The notes under the pieces are model-generated. The model had not been told where the DNA came from, ran no database searches, and saw only the letters and a program-made list of their open reading frames with translations. A DNA stretch of 64,000 nucleotides from Escherichia coli (GTDB lineage: Bacteria; Pseudomonadota; Gammaproteobacteria; Enterobacterales; Enterobacteriaceae), in NCBI RefSeq assembly GCF_024502345.1, contig NZ_JALDNN010000001.1; one strand, given 5' to 3'. Position numbers and translations under genes: made by a program. Shown here in pieces: positions 24,278 through 33,709 of this stretch. How positions within the stretch are numbered: position 1 is the first letter of the stretch; each line of letters opens with the position of its first letter.

Positions 24278-24290
24278 TGTTAACGTTAAC
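24278..24290. promoter_or_regulatory. Putative CscR operator 2 (TGTTAACGTTAAC)
   Basis: Second identical copy of the 13 bp motif in the same intergenic region. Confidence 0.45.
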
Positions 24291-24395
24291 TATGCCGTTT
24301 TGTGATCGAATATGCATGTTTTAGTAAATCCATGACGATTTTGCGAGAAAGAGGTTTATCACTATGCGTAACTCAGATGAATTTAAGGGAAAAAA

Positions 24396-25310
24396 ATGTC
24401 AGCCAAAGTATGGGTTTTAGGGGATGCGGTCGTAGATCTCTTGCCAGAATCAGACGGGCGCCTACTGCCTTGTCCTGGCGGCGCGCCAGCTAACGTTGCG
24501 GTGGGAATCGCCAGATTAGGCGGAATAAGTGGATTTATAGGTCGGGTCGGTGATGATCCTTTTGGGGCGTTAATGCAAAGAACGCTGCTAACTGAGGGAG
24601 TCGATATCACGTATCTGAAGCAAGATGAATGGCACCGGACATCCACGGTGCTTGTCGATCTGAACGATCAAGGGGAACGTTCATTTACGTTTATGGTCCG
24701 CCCCAGTGCCGATCTTTTTTTAGAGACGACAGACTTGCCCTGCTGGCGACATGGCGAATGGTTACATCTCTGTTCAATTGCGTTGTCTGCCGAGCCTTCG
24801 CGTACCAGCGCATTTACTGCGATGACGGCGATCCGGCATGCCGGAGGTTTTGTCAGCTTCGATCCTAATATTCGTGAAGATCTATGGCAAGACGAGCATT
24901 TGCTCCGCTTGTGTTTGCGGCAGGCGCTACAACTGGCGGATGTCGTCAAGCTCTCGGAAGAAGAATGGCGACTTATCAGTGGAAAAACACAGAACGATCG
25001 GGATATATGCGCCCTGGCAAAAGAGTATGAGATCGCCATGCTGTTGGTGACTAAAGGTGCAGAAGGTGTGGTGGTCTGTTATCGAGGACAAGTTCACCAT
25101 TTTGCTGGAATGTCTGTGAATTGTGTCGATAGCACGGGGGCGGGAGATGCGTTCGTTGCCGGGTTACTCACAGGTCTGTCCTCTACGGGATTATCTACAG
25201 ATGAGAGAGAAATGCGACGAATTATCGATCTCGCTCAACGTTGCGGAGCGCTTGCAGTAACGGCGAAAGGGGCAATGACAGCGCTGCCATGTCGACAAGA
25301 ACTGGAATAG
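24396..25310 (+). CDS. cscK: Fructokinase CscK (PfkB family)
   Basis: 304 aa ORF; ribokinase/PfkB motifs (GGAPANVA…, DSTGAGDAFVAG). Confidence 0.85.
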   Translation: MSAKVWVLGDAVVDLLPESDGRLLPCPGGAPANVAVGIARLGGISGFIGRVGDDPFGALMQRTLLTEGVDITYLKQDEWHRTSTVLVDLNDQGERSFTFMVRPSADLFLETTDLPCWRHGEWLHLCSIALSAEPSRTSAFTAMTAIRHAGGFVSFDPNIREDLWQDEHLLRLCLRQALQLADVVKLSEEEWRLISGKTQNDRDICALAKEYEIAMLLVTKGAEGVVVCYRGQVHHFAGMSVNCVDSTGAGDAFVAGLLTGLSSTGLSTDEREMRRIIDLAQRCGALAVTAKGAMTALPCRQELE

Positions 25311-25381
25311 TGAGAAGTAAACGGCGAAGTCGCTCTTATCTCTAAATAGGACGTGAATTTTTTAACGACAGGCAGGTAATT

Positions 25382-26629
25382 ATGGCACTGAATATTCCAT
25401 TCAGAAATGCGTACTATCGTTTTGCATCCAGTTACTCATTTCTCTTTTTTATTTCCTGGTCGCTGTGGTGGTCGTTATACGCTATTTGGCTGAAAGGACA
25501 TCTAGGGTTGACAGGGACGGAATTAGGTACACTTTATTCGGTCAACCAGTTTACCAGCATTCTATTTATGATGTTCTACGGCATCGTTCAGGATAAACTC
25601 GGTCTGAAGAAACCGCTCATCTGGTGTATGAGTTTCATCCTGGTCTTGACCGGACCGTTTATGATTTACGTTTATGAACCGTTACTGCAAAGCAATTTTT
25701 CTGTAGGTCTAATTCTGGGGGCGCTCTTTTTTGGCCTGGGGTATCTGGCGGGATGCGGTTTGCTTGACAGCTTCACCGAAAAAATGGCGCGAAATTTTCA
25801 TTTCGAATATGGAACAGCGCGCGCCTGGGGATCTTTTGGCTATGCTATTGGCGCGTTCTTTGCCGGCATATTTTTTAGTATCAGTCCCCATATCAACTTC
25901 TGGTTGGTCTCGCTATTTGGCGCTGTATTTATGATGATCAACATGTGTTTTAAAGATAAGGATCACCAGTGCGTAGCGGCGGATGCGGGAGGGGTAAAAA
26001 AAGAGGATTTTATCGCAGTTTTCAAGGATCGAAACTTCTGGGTTTTCGTCATATTTATTGTGGGGACGTGGTCTTTCTATAACATTTTTGATCAACAACT
26101 TTTTCCTGTCTTTTATGCAGGTTTATTCGAATCACACGATGTAGGAACGCGCCTGTATGGTTATCTCAACTCATTCCAGGTGGTACTCGAAGCGCTGTGC
26201 ATGGCGATTATTCCTTTCTTTGTGAATCGGGTAGGGCCAAAAAATGCATTACTTATCGGTGTTGTGATTATGGCGTTGCGTATCCTTTCCTGCGCGCTGT
26301 TCGTTAACCCCTGGATTATTTCATTAGTGAAGCTGTTACATGCCATTGAGGTTCCACTTTGTGTCATATCCGTCTTCAAATACAGCGTGGCAAACTTTGA
26401 TAAGCGCCTGTCGTCGACGATCTTTCTGATTGGTTTTCAAATTGCCAGTTCGCTTGGGATTGTGCTGCTTTCAACGCCGACTGGGATACTCTTTGACCAC
26501 GCAGGCTACCAGACAGTTTTCTTCGCAATTTCGGGTATTGTCTGCCTGATGTTGCTATTTGGCATTTTCTTCCTGAGTAAAAAACGCGAGCAAATAGTTA
26601 TGGAAACGCCTGTACCTTCAGCAATATAG
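25382..26629 (+). CDS. cscB: Sucrose:H+ symporter CscB (MFS, oligosaccharide:H+ symporter family)
   Basis: 415 aa 12-TM ORF recognised as CscB. Confidence 0.9.
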   Translation: MALNIPFRNAYYRFASSYSFLFFISWSLWWSLYAIWLKGHLGLTGTELGTLYSVNQFTSILFMMFYGIVQDKLGLKKPLIWCMSFILVLTGPFMIYVYEPLLQSNFSVGLILGALFFGLGYLAGCGLLDSFTEKMARNFHFEYGTARAWGSFGYAIGAFFAGIFFSISPHINFWLVSLFGAVFMMINMCFKDKDHQCVAADAGGVKKEDFIAVFKDRNFWVFVIFIVGTWSFYNIFDQQLFPVFYAGLFESHDVGTRLYGYLNSFQVVLEALCMAIIPFFVNRVGPKNALLIGVVIMALRILSCALFVNPWIISLVKLLHAIEVPLCVISVFKYSVANFDKRLSSTIFLIGFQIASSLGIVLLSTPTGILFDHAGYQTVFFAISGIVCLMLLFGIFFLSKKREQIVMETPVPSAI

Positions 26630-27069
26630 ACGTAAACTTTTCCGGTTGTTGTCGATATCTCCCTATCCCTCAACCGGAAAATAATAATACTAAAGTGCTT
26701 AGCCCTGCTAATAATCACCTAATCCAAACGCCTCATTCATGTTCTGGTACAGTCGCTCAAATGTACTTCAGATGCGCGGTTCGCTGATTTCCAGGACATT
26801 GTCGTCATTCAGCGACCTGTCCCGTGTATCACGGTCCTGCGAATTCATCAAGGAATGCATTGCGGAGTGAAGTATCGAGTCACGCCATATTTCGCTATCA
26901 GGATTCTGTGTGATGGTTACATCGCCCGGCCCAGGGCTGTTTAGTCATCAGCGCTTTCTGACAGTGCTGAGATTTCAACCTGTTGCAGTAAAAATGAGTA
27001 GATATAAGGCAAGTGTGCTGCCAAACCCATCTTTTACGGGGTGAAGGTAGATTTCGTATGAAGGGTATC

Positions 27070-27084
27070 TGGTGTCCCCTGCAG
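27070..27084. repeat. 15 nt direct repeat of the argW 3' end (TGGTGTCCCCTGCAG); candidate prophage attR core
   Basis: Exact match to the first 15 nt of the reverse-complemented argW 3' end at 38480-38494. Confidence 0.5.
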
Positions 27085-27157
27085 ACATCTACTTGAAGCG
27101 GCAGGGGATTGATTGGAATGGTATTTTTTAGATGTGAGAAATATTTTACCCGCTATT

Positions 27158-27358
27158 TTACCCATTGGCGCGGCTTAAGAGCTTATTTTTGAATTCACAA
27201 TGGTCACGATATAACCATCTTGCTCGCCCGTGGATAACTTTGGCTTTTGGAAGGTCTCCGGACTTAATCCGATCATAGATGAAGGTTTTACCGAAGCCAG
27301 TATCGGCCATGATGAATTTCAAATCAACCAGTGAATCAGGCTGTAGTTCGTGTTGCAT
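27158..27358 (-). CDS. torI: TorI-like excisionase / recombination directionality factor (AlpA family)
   Basis: 66 aa ORF (MQHELQPDSLVDLKFIMADTGFGKTF…), recalled as matching K-12 KplE1 TorI; sits at the prophage edge opposite intS. Confidence 0.8.
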   Translation of the reverse strand: MQHELQPDSLVDLKFIMADTGFGKTFIYDRIKSGDLPKAKVIHGRARWLYRDHCEFKNKLLSRANG

Positions 27359-27377
27359 GAGTGCTATCTCCGAATAG

Positions 27378-27393
27378 GGAATCGAACCTGCAA
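27378..27393. repeat. 16 nt fragment identical to the argW T-arm (GGAATCGAACCTGCAA); not a tRNA gene
   Basis: Matches argW positions 38494-38509 (reverse-complemented strand) but flanking sequence cannot form an acceptor or T stem. Confidence 0.4.
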
Positions 27394-27493
27394 ATCAGGC
27401 AATAAAAAACCGCATTGATGCGGCGATGGTAGGTCTGGATATCATTGAGCAATGAACAGGCATCATCGAGTGTGAGGCGGTGTTATTTTATGG

Positions 27494-27838
27494 TTAGTCC
27501 TTGCGTAGCTCTCTGATTCTTCTGTAAGTCTCTGGTGCTTTGTTTCCGTGTATCTTCATTTCCGACTTCAACAGAGCAACTAGGGAATCCCATTCGTTGA
27601 GGATTCCTTTGAATGCCGGAACGCGCTTTGCAACCTTGTCGAATGAATCTCTGATTTCTGGAATCTGCTCAACAAGCGCAACGCATCGTTGGAAATCGTC
27701 TGCGTCATGGGGAGCGCCGAAGTGATGACCATAGATATTCTTTTTCAGGCCACATGCGATTGAGGCAAGAGTTGCGCTACTGATGCCGACATCGCCAGTT
27801 GATTGCCATTTCAAAACCTTCATAGCCAAATCTGACAT
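27494..27838 (-). CDS. Hypothetical prophage protein
   Basis: 114 aa ORF in the pL-driven leftward gene string; no family recognised. Confidence 0.45.
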   Translation of the reverse strand: MSDLAMKVLKWQSTGDVGISSATLASIACGLKKNIYGHHFGAPHDADDFQRCVALVEQIPEIRDSFDKVAKRVPAFKGILNEWDSLVALLKSEMKIHGNKAPETYRRIRELRKD

Positions 27839-27938
27839 TTCTTGTCTCCATAAAACAAAACTCGCCGTAGCGAGTTCAGATAAAAGAAATCCCCGCGAGT
27901 GCGAGGATTGTTATTCACCTTTTACGGCAAGTTGCAGG

Positions 27939-28232
27939 TTAGCCACGGTTAACCTCCTGAGGCGGTTCTGGTAGCGGCATCCAGTGGGTTACTTTCGATG
28001 CCGGTTCTTCCCCATCGTCAGTAACTGCCCACCATTTGTTTCTCGACCAATCGTAATACCCTTCGAAGGTATCGCACTCAGTCCAGCCGTAAGACTTACC
28101 CCAACACCAAACATACTGTTTATCGTTCGGCATTCGCTCACTACAGCTTATCCAACCAGCGTTTGTTTCGTTAGCGTCCTTAGTGTGTTCATCTGGTTTA
28201 TATGAGCGAAGCATTTCGCTTAGCGTAATCAT
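27939..28232 (-). CDS. DUF551-domain phage protein
   Basis: 97 aa ORF ending …THWMPLPEPP, typical of DUF551; first ORF downstream of pL/nutL. Confidence 0.6.
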   Translation of the reverse strand: MITLSEMLRSYKPDEHTKDANETNAGWISCSERMPNDKQYVWCWGKSYGWTECDTFEGYYDWSRNKWWAVTDDGEEPASKVTHWMPLPEPPQEVNRG

Positions 28233-28295
28233 TGCAAAGCGCCTCCGCCGAGAAGGTTAGCTTCTGCATTCACCCCAAAGTTCACTTTGGTTATT

Positions 28296-28310
28296 GCGCT
28301 TTGTCAGCGC
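28296..28310 (-). promoter_or_regulatory. Putative nutL boxB hairpin (GCGCUGACAAAGCGC on the leftward transcript)
   Basis: Perfect 5 bp stem with GACAA loop about 75 nt downstream of the pL start; resembles P22-type boxB, not lambda boxB. Confidence 0.4.
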
Positions 28311-28378
28311 CGTAGATTCATATTTGAATCGTTGTATATTCACCGCCCTGGTGAGTAGTGCGTCCTGCTGATGTGTTT

Positions 28379-28441
28379 AGTATCACCGCCAGTGGTATTT
28401 ATGTCAACACCGCTAGAGATAATTCATCACCGCAGATGGTT
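28379..28441 (-). promoter_or_regulatory. Lambda-type pL promoter with OL1, OL2, OL3 operators
   Basis: OL1 TATCACCGCCAGTGGTA (28381-28397) identical to lambda; OL2 (28405-28421) and OL3 (28425-28441) each differ from lambda at one position; -35 TTGACA and -10 GATACT on the minus strand. Confidence 0.8.
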
Positions 28442-28627
28442 ATCTGTATGTTTTTTATATGAATTTATTTTTTGCAGTGGTGCATTGTTTGGTAGGTGAG
28501 AGATCTGAACTGCTATGTTTAGTGAGTTGTATCTATTTATTTTCAAATAGATACAATTGGTTATGTGTTCTTGGGTGAGGGGGATCGTGAGGCAAAGAAA
28601 ACCCGGCTCTGTGGCCGGGAATAACAT

Positions 28628-29006
28628 TTAGGAATCAAGGTCAGGTAGCATGATTTTCTCAATCAACGTCAATGCCCTTTGGTCTCGTTCAGCAAAATAT
28701 TTAGGAGCGTACTGAGGCAGCCACACTTCGTTGAAGTATTGTTTGAAATCTGCAATATTCGTTTGGGTATAGACGTACCGGGAATGTCCGGCCATCTGGG
28801 TACTCATGGTTATATGTTGGGAATGTCTTCGGCTCAACCCCCCGGTTGTCACGGAGCCATTGCGAGAAAACCCTACCCTCTGAAATATCAGGGACCATTT
28901 TTTCTGGCAGCGTATATCCGGCCTGTTCAAGTGGCGCAACCAAGTTAAACGTCAGTTCATTAAGCATAGAAAAGTGCGTATGAGGAACTCTGCCTCGGTT
29001 TGTCAT
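28628..29006 (-). pseudogene. Two overlapping ORFs in different frames downstream of the KilA-N ORF; possible frameshifted C-terminal part of an antirepressor-like gene
   Basis: ORFs 28701-29006 and 28628-28939 overlap out of frame and directly follow the KilA-N ORF. Confidence 0.3.
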
Positions 29007-29045
29007 ATACCGCTTAAGGTGGATAGGGAGTTCGGCAGGCGCTCT

Positions 29046-29387
29046 TTAACCTGACATCCACTCACGCACCCATCTCGATACTTGCACTGCAAATTTTGGA
29101 GATAGCCACTGAGCTAAATTAATTGCGATGTCTGGATGAACCCAAGTCCCTTGATTCTCTGCTCTTCCGCCTTTAAATGATTGAATTAACTCCGATATGG
29201 GAATCCCCATATCGCGTGATAATTCATCAAAAAAATCTTGTGTTGTTTTTAGTCGTGTATAGTCAGCAAGTAGCTTCCCCGCAGACTTGCACATCGCGGT
29301 GGCATTGATGTATCCGTCTTTGGTGCGAAGATGGATGACTTCTCCATCAACTTCTCTAGCGATTAATGCAAGTTGAAATTGTGTCAT
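29046..29387 (-). CDS. KilA-N domain protein
   Basis: 113 aa ORF with KilA-N-like N-terminal domain; immediately downstream of cI. Confidence 0.55.
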   Translation of the reverse strand: MTQFQLALIAREVDGEVIHLRTKDGYINATAMCKSAGKLLADYTRLKTTQDFFDELSRDMGIPISELIQSFKGGRAENQGTWVHPDIAINLAQWLSPKFAVQVSRWVREWMSG

Positions 29388-29418
29388 AAATCATCCTATT
29401 ACGTGAAAAATAAAACAA

Positions 29419-30135
<717 letters not shown>

Positions 30136-30142
30136 TTAAATC

Positions 30143-30207
30143 TATCACCGCAAGGGATAAACTTCTAACACCGTGCGTGTTGACTATTTTACCTCTAGCG
30201 GTGATAA
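30143..30207. promoter_or_regulatory. Lambda-type OR3-OR2-OR1 operators with PR and PRM
   Basis: OR3 (30143-30159) and OR2 (30165-30181) identical to lambda; OR1 TACCTCTAGCGGTGATA (30189-30205) has one G-to-A change; PR -35 TTGACT and -10 GATAAT. Confidence 0.85.
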
Positions 30208-30232
30208 TGGTTGCCTGTACTAAGGAGGTTGT

Positions 30233-30433
30233 ATGGAACAACGCATAACCCTGAAAGATTATGCAATACGCTTTGGGCAAACCAAGACGGCTAAAGATCT
30301 CGGCGTATATCAAAGCGCGATTAACAAGGCCATTCATGCAGGCCGAAAGATTTTTTTAACTATAAACGCTGATGGAAGCGTTTATGCGGAAGAAATAAAG
30401 CCCTTCCCAAGTAACAAAAAAACAACTGCATAA
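30233..30433 (+). CDS. cro: Lambda-type Cro repressor
   Basis: 66 aa [69 protein letters not shown], near-identical to lambda Cro. Confidence 0.9.
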   Translation: MEQRITLKDYAIRFGQTKTAKDLGVYQSAINKAIHAGRKIFLTINADGSVYAEEIKPFPSNKKTTA

Positions 30434-30440
30434 GTAACAC

Positions 30441-30486
30441 CGCTCTTTTCACAATGGACATTCGTCCTACGTCGCTGACAAAGCGA
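30441..30486 (+). promoter_or_regulatory. Putative nutR (boxA-like CGCTCTTTT and boxB-like hairpin TCGCTGACAAAGCGA)
   Basis: Position immediately downstream of cro; boxB-like stem-loop with GACAA loop at 30472-30486; spacer longer than in lambda. Confidence 0.4.
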
Positions 30487-30570
30487 GCCCCAAGATATCT
30501 GACCAACTAAGGCCATATGCGTTTCCACGCATACCTTTCAACTAACTATTCACTATTGGAAAATTAACAA

Positions 30571-30867
30571 ATGACACAAGCAAGTTATAGCAAGCCAACA
30601 CAGCGAGAAATTGATCGCGCTGAAACTGATTTACTCATCAACCTGTCAACGCTTACCCAGCGCGGTCTGGCAAAGATGATTGGCTGTCATGAATCGAAGA
30701 TAAGCAGAACGGACTGGAGATTTATTGCTTCGGTCTTGTGTGCTTTCGGAATGGCATCAGACATCAGTCCGATTAGCAGGGCTTTTAAGTATGCATTGGA
30801 TGGAATCACAAAGAAAAAATCCCCGGCTGCCACCGAGGATTCTGAGCAAATTGATATGCAATTCTGA
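30571..30867 (+). CDS. CII-like transcriptional activator
   Basis: 98 aa ORF; C-terminus KKSPAATEDSEQIDMQF parallels lambda CII KKRPAATERSEQIQMEF; conserved position after cro/nutR. Confidence 0.6.
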   Translation: MTQASYSKPTQREIDRAETDLLINLSTLTQRGLAKMIGCHESKISRTDWRFIASVLCAFGMASDISPISRAFKYALDGITKKKSPAATEDSEQIDMQF

Positions 30868-31047
30868 GGGAATTACTGGATCAATCCACAGGAGTAATTA
30901 TGACAAAACGTCGTAAGAAATACCAGGAAAAAGAAGAGATTCGACACCCTGATTCACCTGAGGGATTAGTGGTAGCCGCAGCAAATAACAGGGCGTTCGC
31001 AGAGCGCCTTGTTGGTGTTTACAGACTAGCCAAAGCAGGAGTGAAAC

Positions 31048-32193
31048 ATGGGCGTCGTTAAGTTAGCTGATTACAGGCCTCAACTGGAGGTCGTGGAGCA
31101 TCGCGTGGCAGATACCGAAGATGGTTTCATGCGCGTTGCTAACGAGATTACTCAATATCCAGACCAGATTGAATCCGTTCGTAAAGGCATGGGATTCATT
31201 GATGAAGACCAGCGTAATTCTATCGGCACCTTAGCGGCTGGCGCACGCCTTGCGTCATCGTCTCCAGAAGCAATGCAATCATGGCTGCAAAACAACGCCG
31301 GTGAGTTAGCTCGTGTTGGCGTTAATCCTCATGACGTCGCTCAGATGTACCAACAGAACCCGCGGCAGTTCGTCGAATTTGTCGATCACCTGGGGATGAA
31401 CAGTCTCGGGCCCGAAAAATACTTTGACCTACAGGATAAAATGCAGGGTCGCCAGGTTACCATGCGCGGTCAGGATCTGGATTCGCAAACCGCCGCTCGG
31501 AATCAGGCAATCACAATGCGCGGACAAGATATCCAGGCGAATTTAGGTCAGCAGCGCATTAATCTGGACGCAGAAACAAACCGCATTAACAACGAAAATA
31601 AGCGCCTTGACCGGATGCTATCAGCAGAAACTAACGACCTGAAGCGCCAGGAAATACAGAGCCGCATAGCAGCCAACAACCAGCAGTTGCAGCAGAAGCA
31701 GCAAGCGCTAAATGATGGCTACAAAGACGGCATCAACACCCTCACAACCAGCATGTTCACTCTGAACGATATCGTTAGTTCTCCTTCACTTAAGAGCATT
31801 ACAGGCTTACGTGGAGTAATCCCCAACGTTCCAGGCTCACAGGCTGCAGACACTCAGGCACGACTTGATACCTTTAAATCACAAGCATACCTGACAGCGG
31901 TTCAGGCCATGCGAGGCATGGGCGCACTTTCTGATGCCGAGGGCAAAAAGCTCGACCAGGCTGTTGGTTCGCTGCAGAACTCGCAGAGCGAGGAGTCCTT
32001 TCGTCGCAACGCTGGCGTCATCCTGAACACGCTCAACCAGAAGCGTAATGAGGCGGTTGGTAAGTACGTTCAGCAAAACGGTATCAAGCGAGTGGAAGCG
32101 CCTCAGGCTTCTATAGATTACCTGAAGCAGCACCCCGAGCTGTCAATCGACTTCATTAATCGCTACGGATATCTTCCATCTTTGGGGCAGTAA
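31048..32193 (+). CDS. Hypothetical phage protein, Gln-rich with predicted coiled coil
   Basis: 381 aa ORF immediately upstream of, and abutting, the transglycosylase gene; no family recognised. Confidence 0.5.
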   Translation: MGVVKLADYRPQLEVVEHRVADTEDGFMRVANEITQYPDQIESVRKGMGFIDEDQRNSIGTLAAGARLASSSPEAMQSWLQNNAGELARVGVNPHDVAQMYQQNPRQFVEFVDHLGMNSLGPEKYFDLQDKMQGRQVTMRGQDLDSQTAARNQAITMRGQDIQANLGQQRINLDAETNRINNENKRLDRMLSAETNDLKRQEIQSRIAANNQQLQQKQQALNDGYKDGINTLTTSMFTLNDIVSSPSLKSITGLRGVIPNVPGSQAADTQARLDTFKSQAYLTAVQAMRGMGALSDAEGKKLDQAVGSLQNSQSEESFRRNAGVILNTLNQKRNEAVGKYVQQNGIKRVEAPQASIDYLKQHPELSIDFINRYGYLPSLGQ

Positions 32194-32649
32194 ATGGCTA
32201 ATTACCGTGATTTGTTAGAGCAGGCTGGCGCACGTTACGGTGTGCCAGAAGGGTTGATGACTGCACTGGGTGCCAAGGAGTCTTCTTACAACCCTGCCGC
32301 AGTAAGCTCCGCCGGGGCTGTAGGATTGACTCAGGTCATGCCTGGGACATGGCGTGATATGGGTTATACCGATGAGCAAATGCAAAACCCCGAATATCAA
32401 GCTGACGCTGGCGCGCGCTATCTGGCAAAGATGTACCAGCAGTTTGGTAACTGGCGTGACGCTCTTCAGGCTTATCACGACGGTCCCGGCAACGTTATGA
32501 AGGCAAAGCGTGGTGAATATACGCCAGGACCTGAAGGCCGCGGTTACGTTGATGATCGCTTTGCTCAATGGGCGGGTGACCCGGTGACAGACTCAACAGT
32601 CGAACAGCGCGCCACCTCTGCAAAGGTACCTTTGCTGATTGTTATCTGA
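32194..32649 (+). CDS. Phage lytic transglycosylase (SLT domain)
   Basis: 151 aa ORF with an SLT-domain-like catalytic region (…GAKESSYNPAAVSSAGAVGLTQVMPGTW…). Confidence 0.65.
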   Translation: MANYRDLLEQAGARYGVPEGLMTALGAKESSYNPAAVSSAGAVGLTQVMPGTWRDMGYTDEQMQNPEYQADAGARYLAKMYQQFGNWRDALQAYHDGPGNVMKAKRGEYTPGPEGRGYVDDRFAQWAGDPVTDSTVEQRATSAKVPLLIVI

Positions 32650-33127
32650 TGTTACTGCTACTGTTGCATGTTACCGTGTTTCCAAATCCTGAATTGCAGT
32701 TTGTATATGTGTCAACGCGTGTTGGGTAAGGTTGAGTTATAACAGGCTGGCGCGCTTTTTGCTCGATCGCTTGCATTGTGTTTACAGCCTGATAATTCAA
32801 TAAAGCCTGCTGGAATGCTTGGCTTTGTGCTATTTGTTGGGCTTGTTCTTGGCTTTGTAATTGAACATAAAGATTCTGAAGCTCAAGTCTTGCCTGTGCG
32901 TCACTTATCTTGCCTTCATCGACACCTTGCCCGAGCATCTTTGCAGCAAGGACATACAGCTTAGGTGTTGGTGCTGATGCCATGCGTGAGTCGTTCTTCA
33001 CACTGGCATCAAGGCAATTAGCCATATCGCTAAGCTTTTGATAGCGTTGTTCGCAACTTGCTTGATAGTCACTTACTTTTGCGCATCCAACCAGCAGAAG
33101 CGGGATAATTAACAGTGATTTTTTCAT
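32642..33127 (-). CDS. Phage-encoded lipoprotein (candidate lysogenic-conversion or exclusion moron)
   Basis: Lipobox LLVGC after the signal peptide MKKSLLIIPLLLVGC; start placed at the internal Met of ORF 32642-33163. Confidence 0.5.
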   Translation of the reverse strand: MKKSLLIIPLLLVGCAKVSDYQASCEQRYQKLSDMANCLDASVKNDSRMASAPTPKLYVLAAKMLGQGVDEGKISDAQARLELQNLYVQLQSQEQAQQIAQSQAFQQALLNYQAVNTMQAIEQKARQPVITQPYPTRVDTYTNCNSGFGNTVTCNSSSNIR

Positions 33128-33197
33128 ATGGTTAACTCTCCTTAGTTTTTCACAGGATATCATGAAGGCTATGCCATTTTAGCCGGAAACTAGATTT

Positions 33198-33464
33198 CTA
33201 TGTTTCCTTTTTATTATTGCTATACATGGTCTTAAGCGTTTCAAATACCATTTTCTTAACCATATCAGATTGTTGTTCTGCCATACGCTCTGCATCATCA
33301 ATGTAAACGGATGCAGAGCTTTGTTTAGCCAACGATTCTTCAATCGCTGCAATTATCTCTGAGTTCAGAGATCTGTTATTCATCTTCGCACGCTGCTTAA
33401 TTTTCGCGTGGAGTTCATGCGGAAGTCTCAAGTGAAACTGCGCCTCATCGTATTTGCTGTACAT
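33198..33464 (-). CDS. mnt: Mnt-like ribbon-helix-helix repressor
   Basis: C-terminal …DDAERMAEQQSDMVKKMVFETLK… parallels P22 Mnt …NDAERLADEQSELVKKMVFDTLK…; start placed at the internal Met (about 88 aa). Confidence 0.6.
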   Translation of the reverse strand: MYSKYDEAQFHLRLPHELHAKIKQRAKMNNRSLNSEIIAAIEESLAKQSSASVYIDDAERMAEQQSDMVKKMVFETLKTMYSNNKKET

Positions 33465-33709
33465 CCTTGATGCCTCACCAGTTGGGTGGAATGGCATCGT
33501 AACCTACTGGATAAATACTCAATAGTACCATTTCGGTATGCAATCACATCATGGTTGCATCATATCATCGTCTGGAGCAATGAAATGTCAGATATCACCG
33601 CAAATGTTGTGGTAAGCATGCCTTCGCAACTCTTCACTATGGCGCGTTCTTTTAAAGCGGTTGCCAATGGTAAAATTTATATCGGTAAAATTGACACTGA
33701 CCCGGTAAA

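Noticed and set aside
26638-26681. Hairpin after cscB (11 bp stems with a 22 nt loop) as an intrinsic terminator
   Set aside because: The loop is long and no T-tract follows; it may be a structured element, but a terminator call is not supported.
27359-27400. Possible second tRNA gene upstream of torI, suggested by a GGAATCGAACC T-loop-like sequence
   Set aside because: Only 16 nt match argW and the flanks cannot form acceptor or T stems; recorded as an att-related repeat instead.
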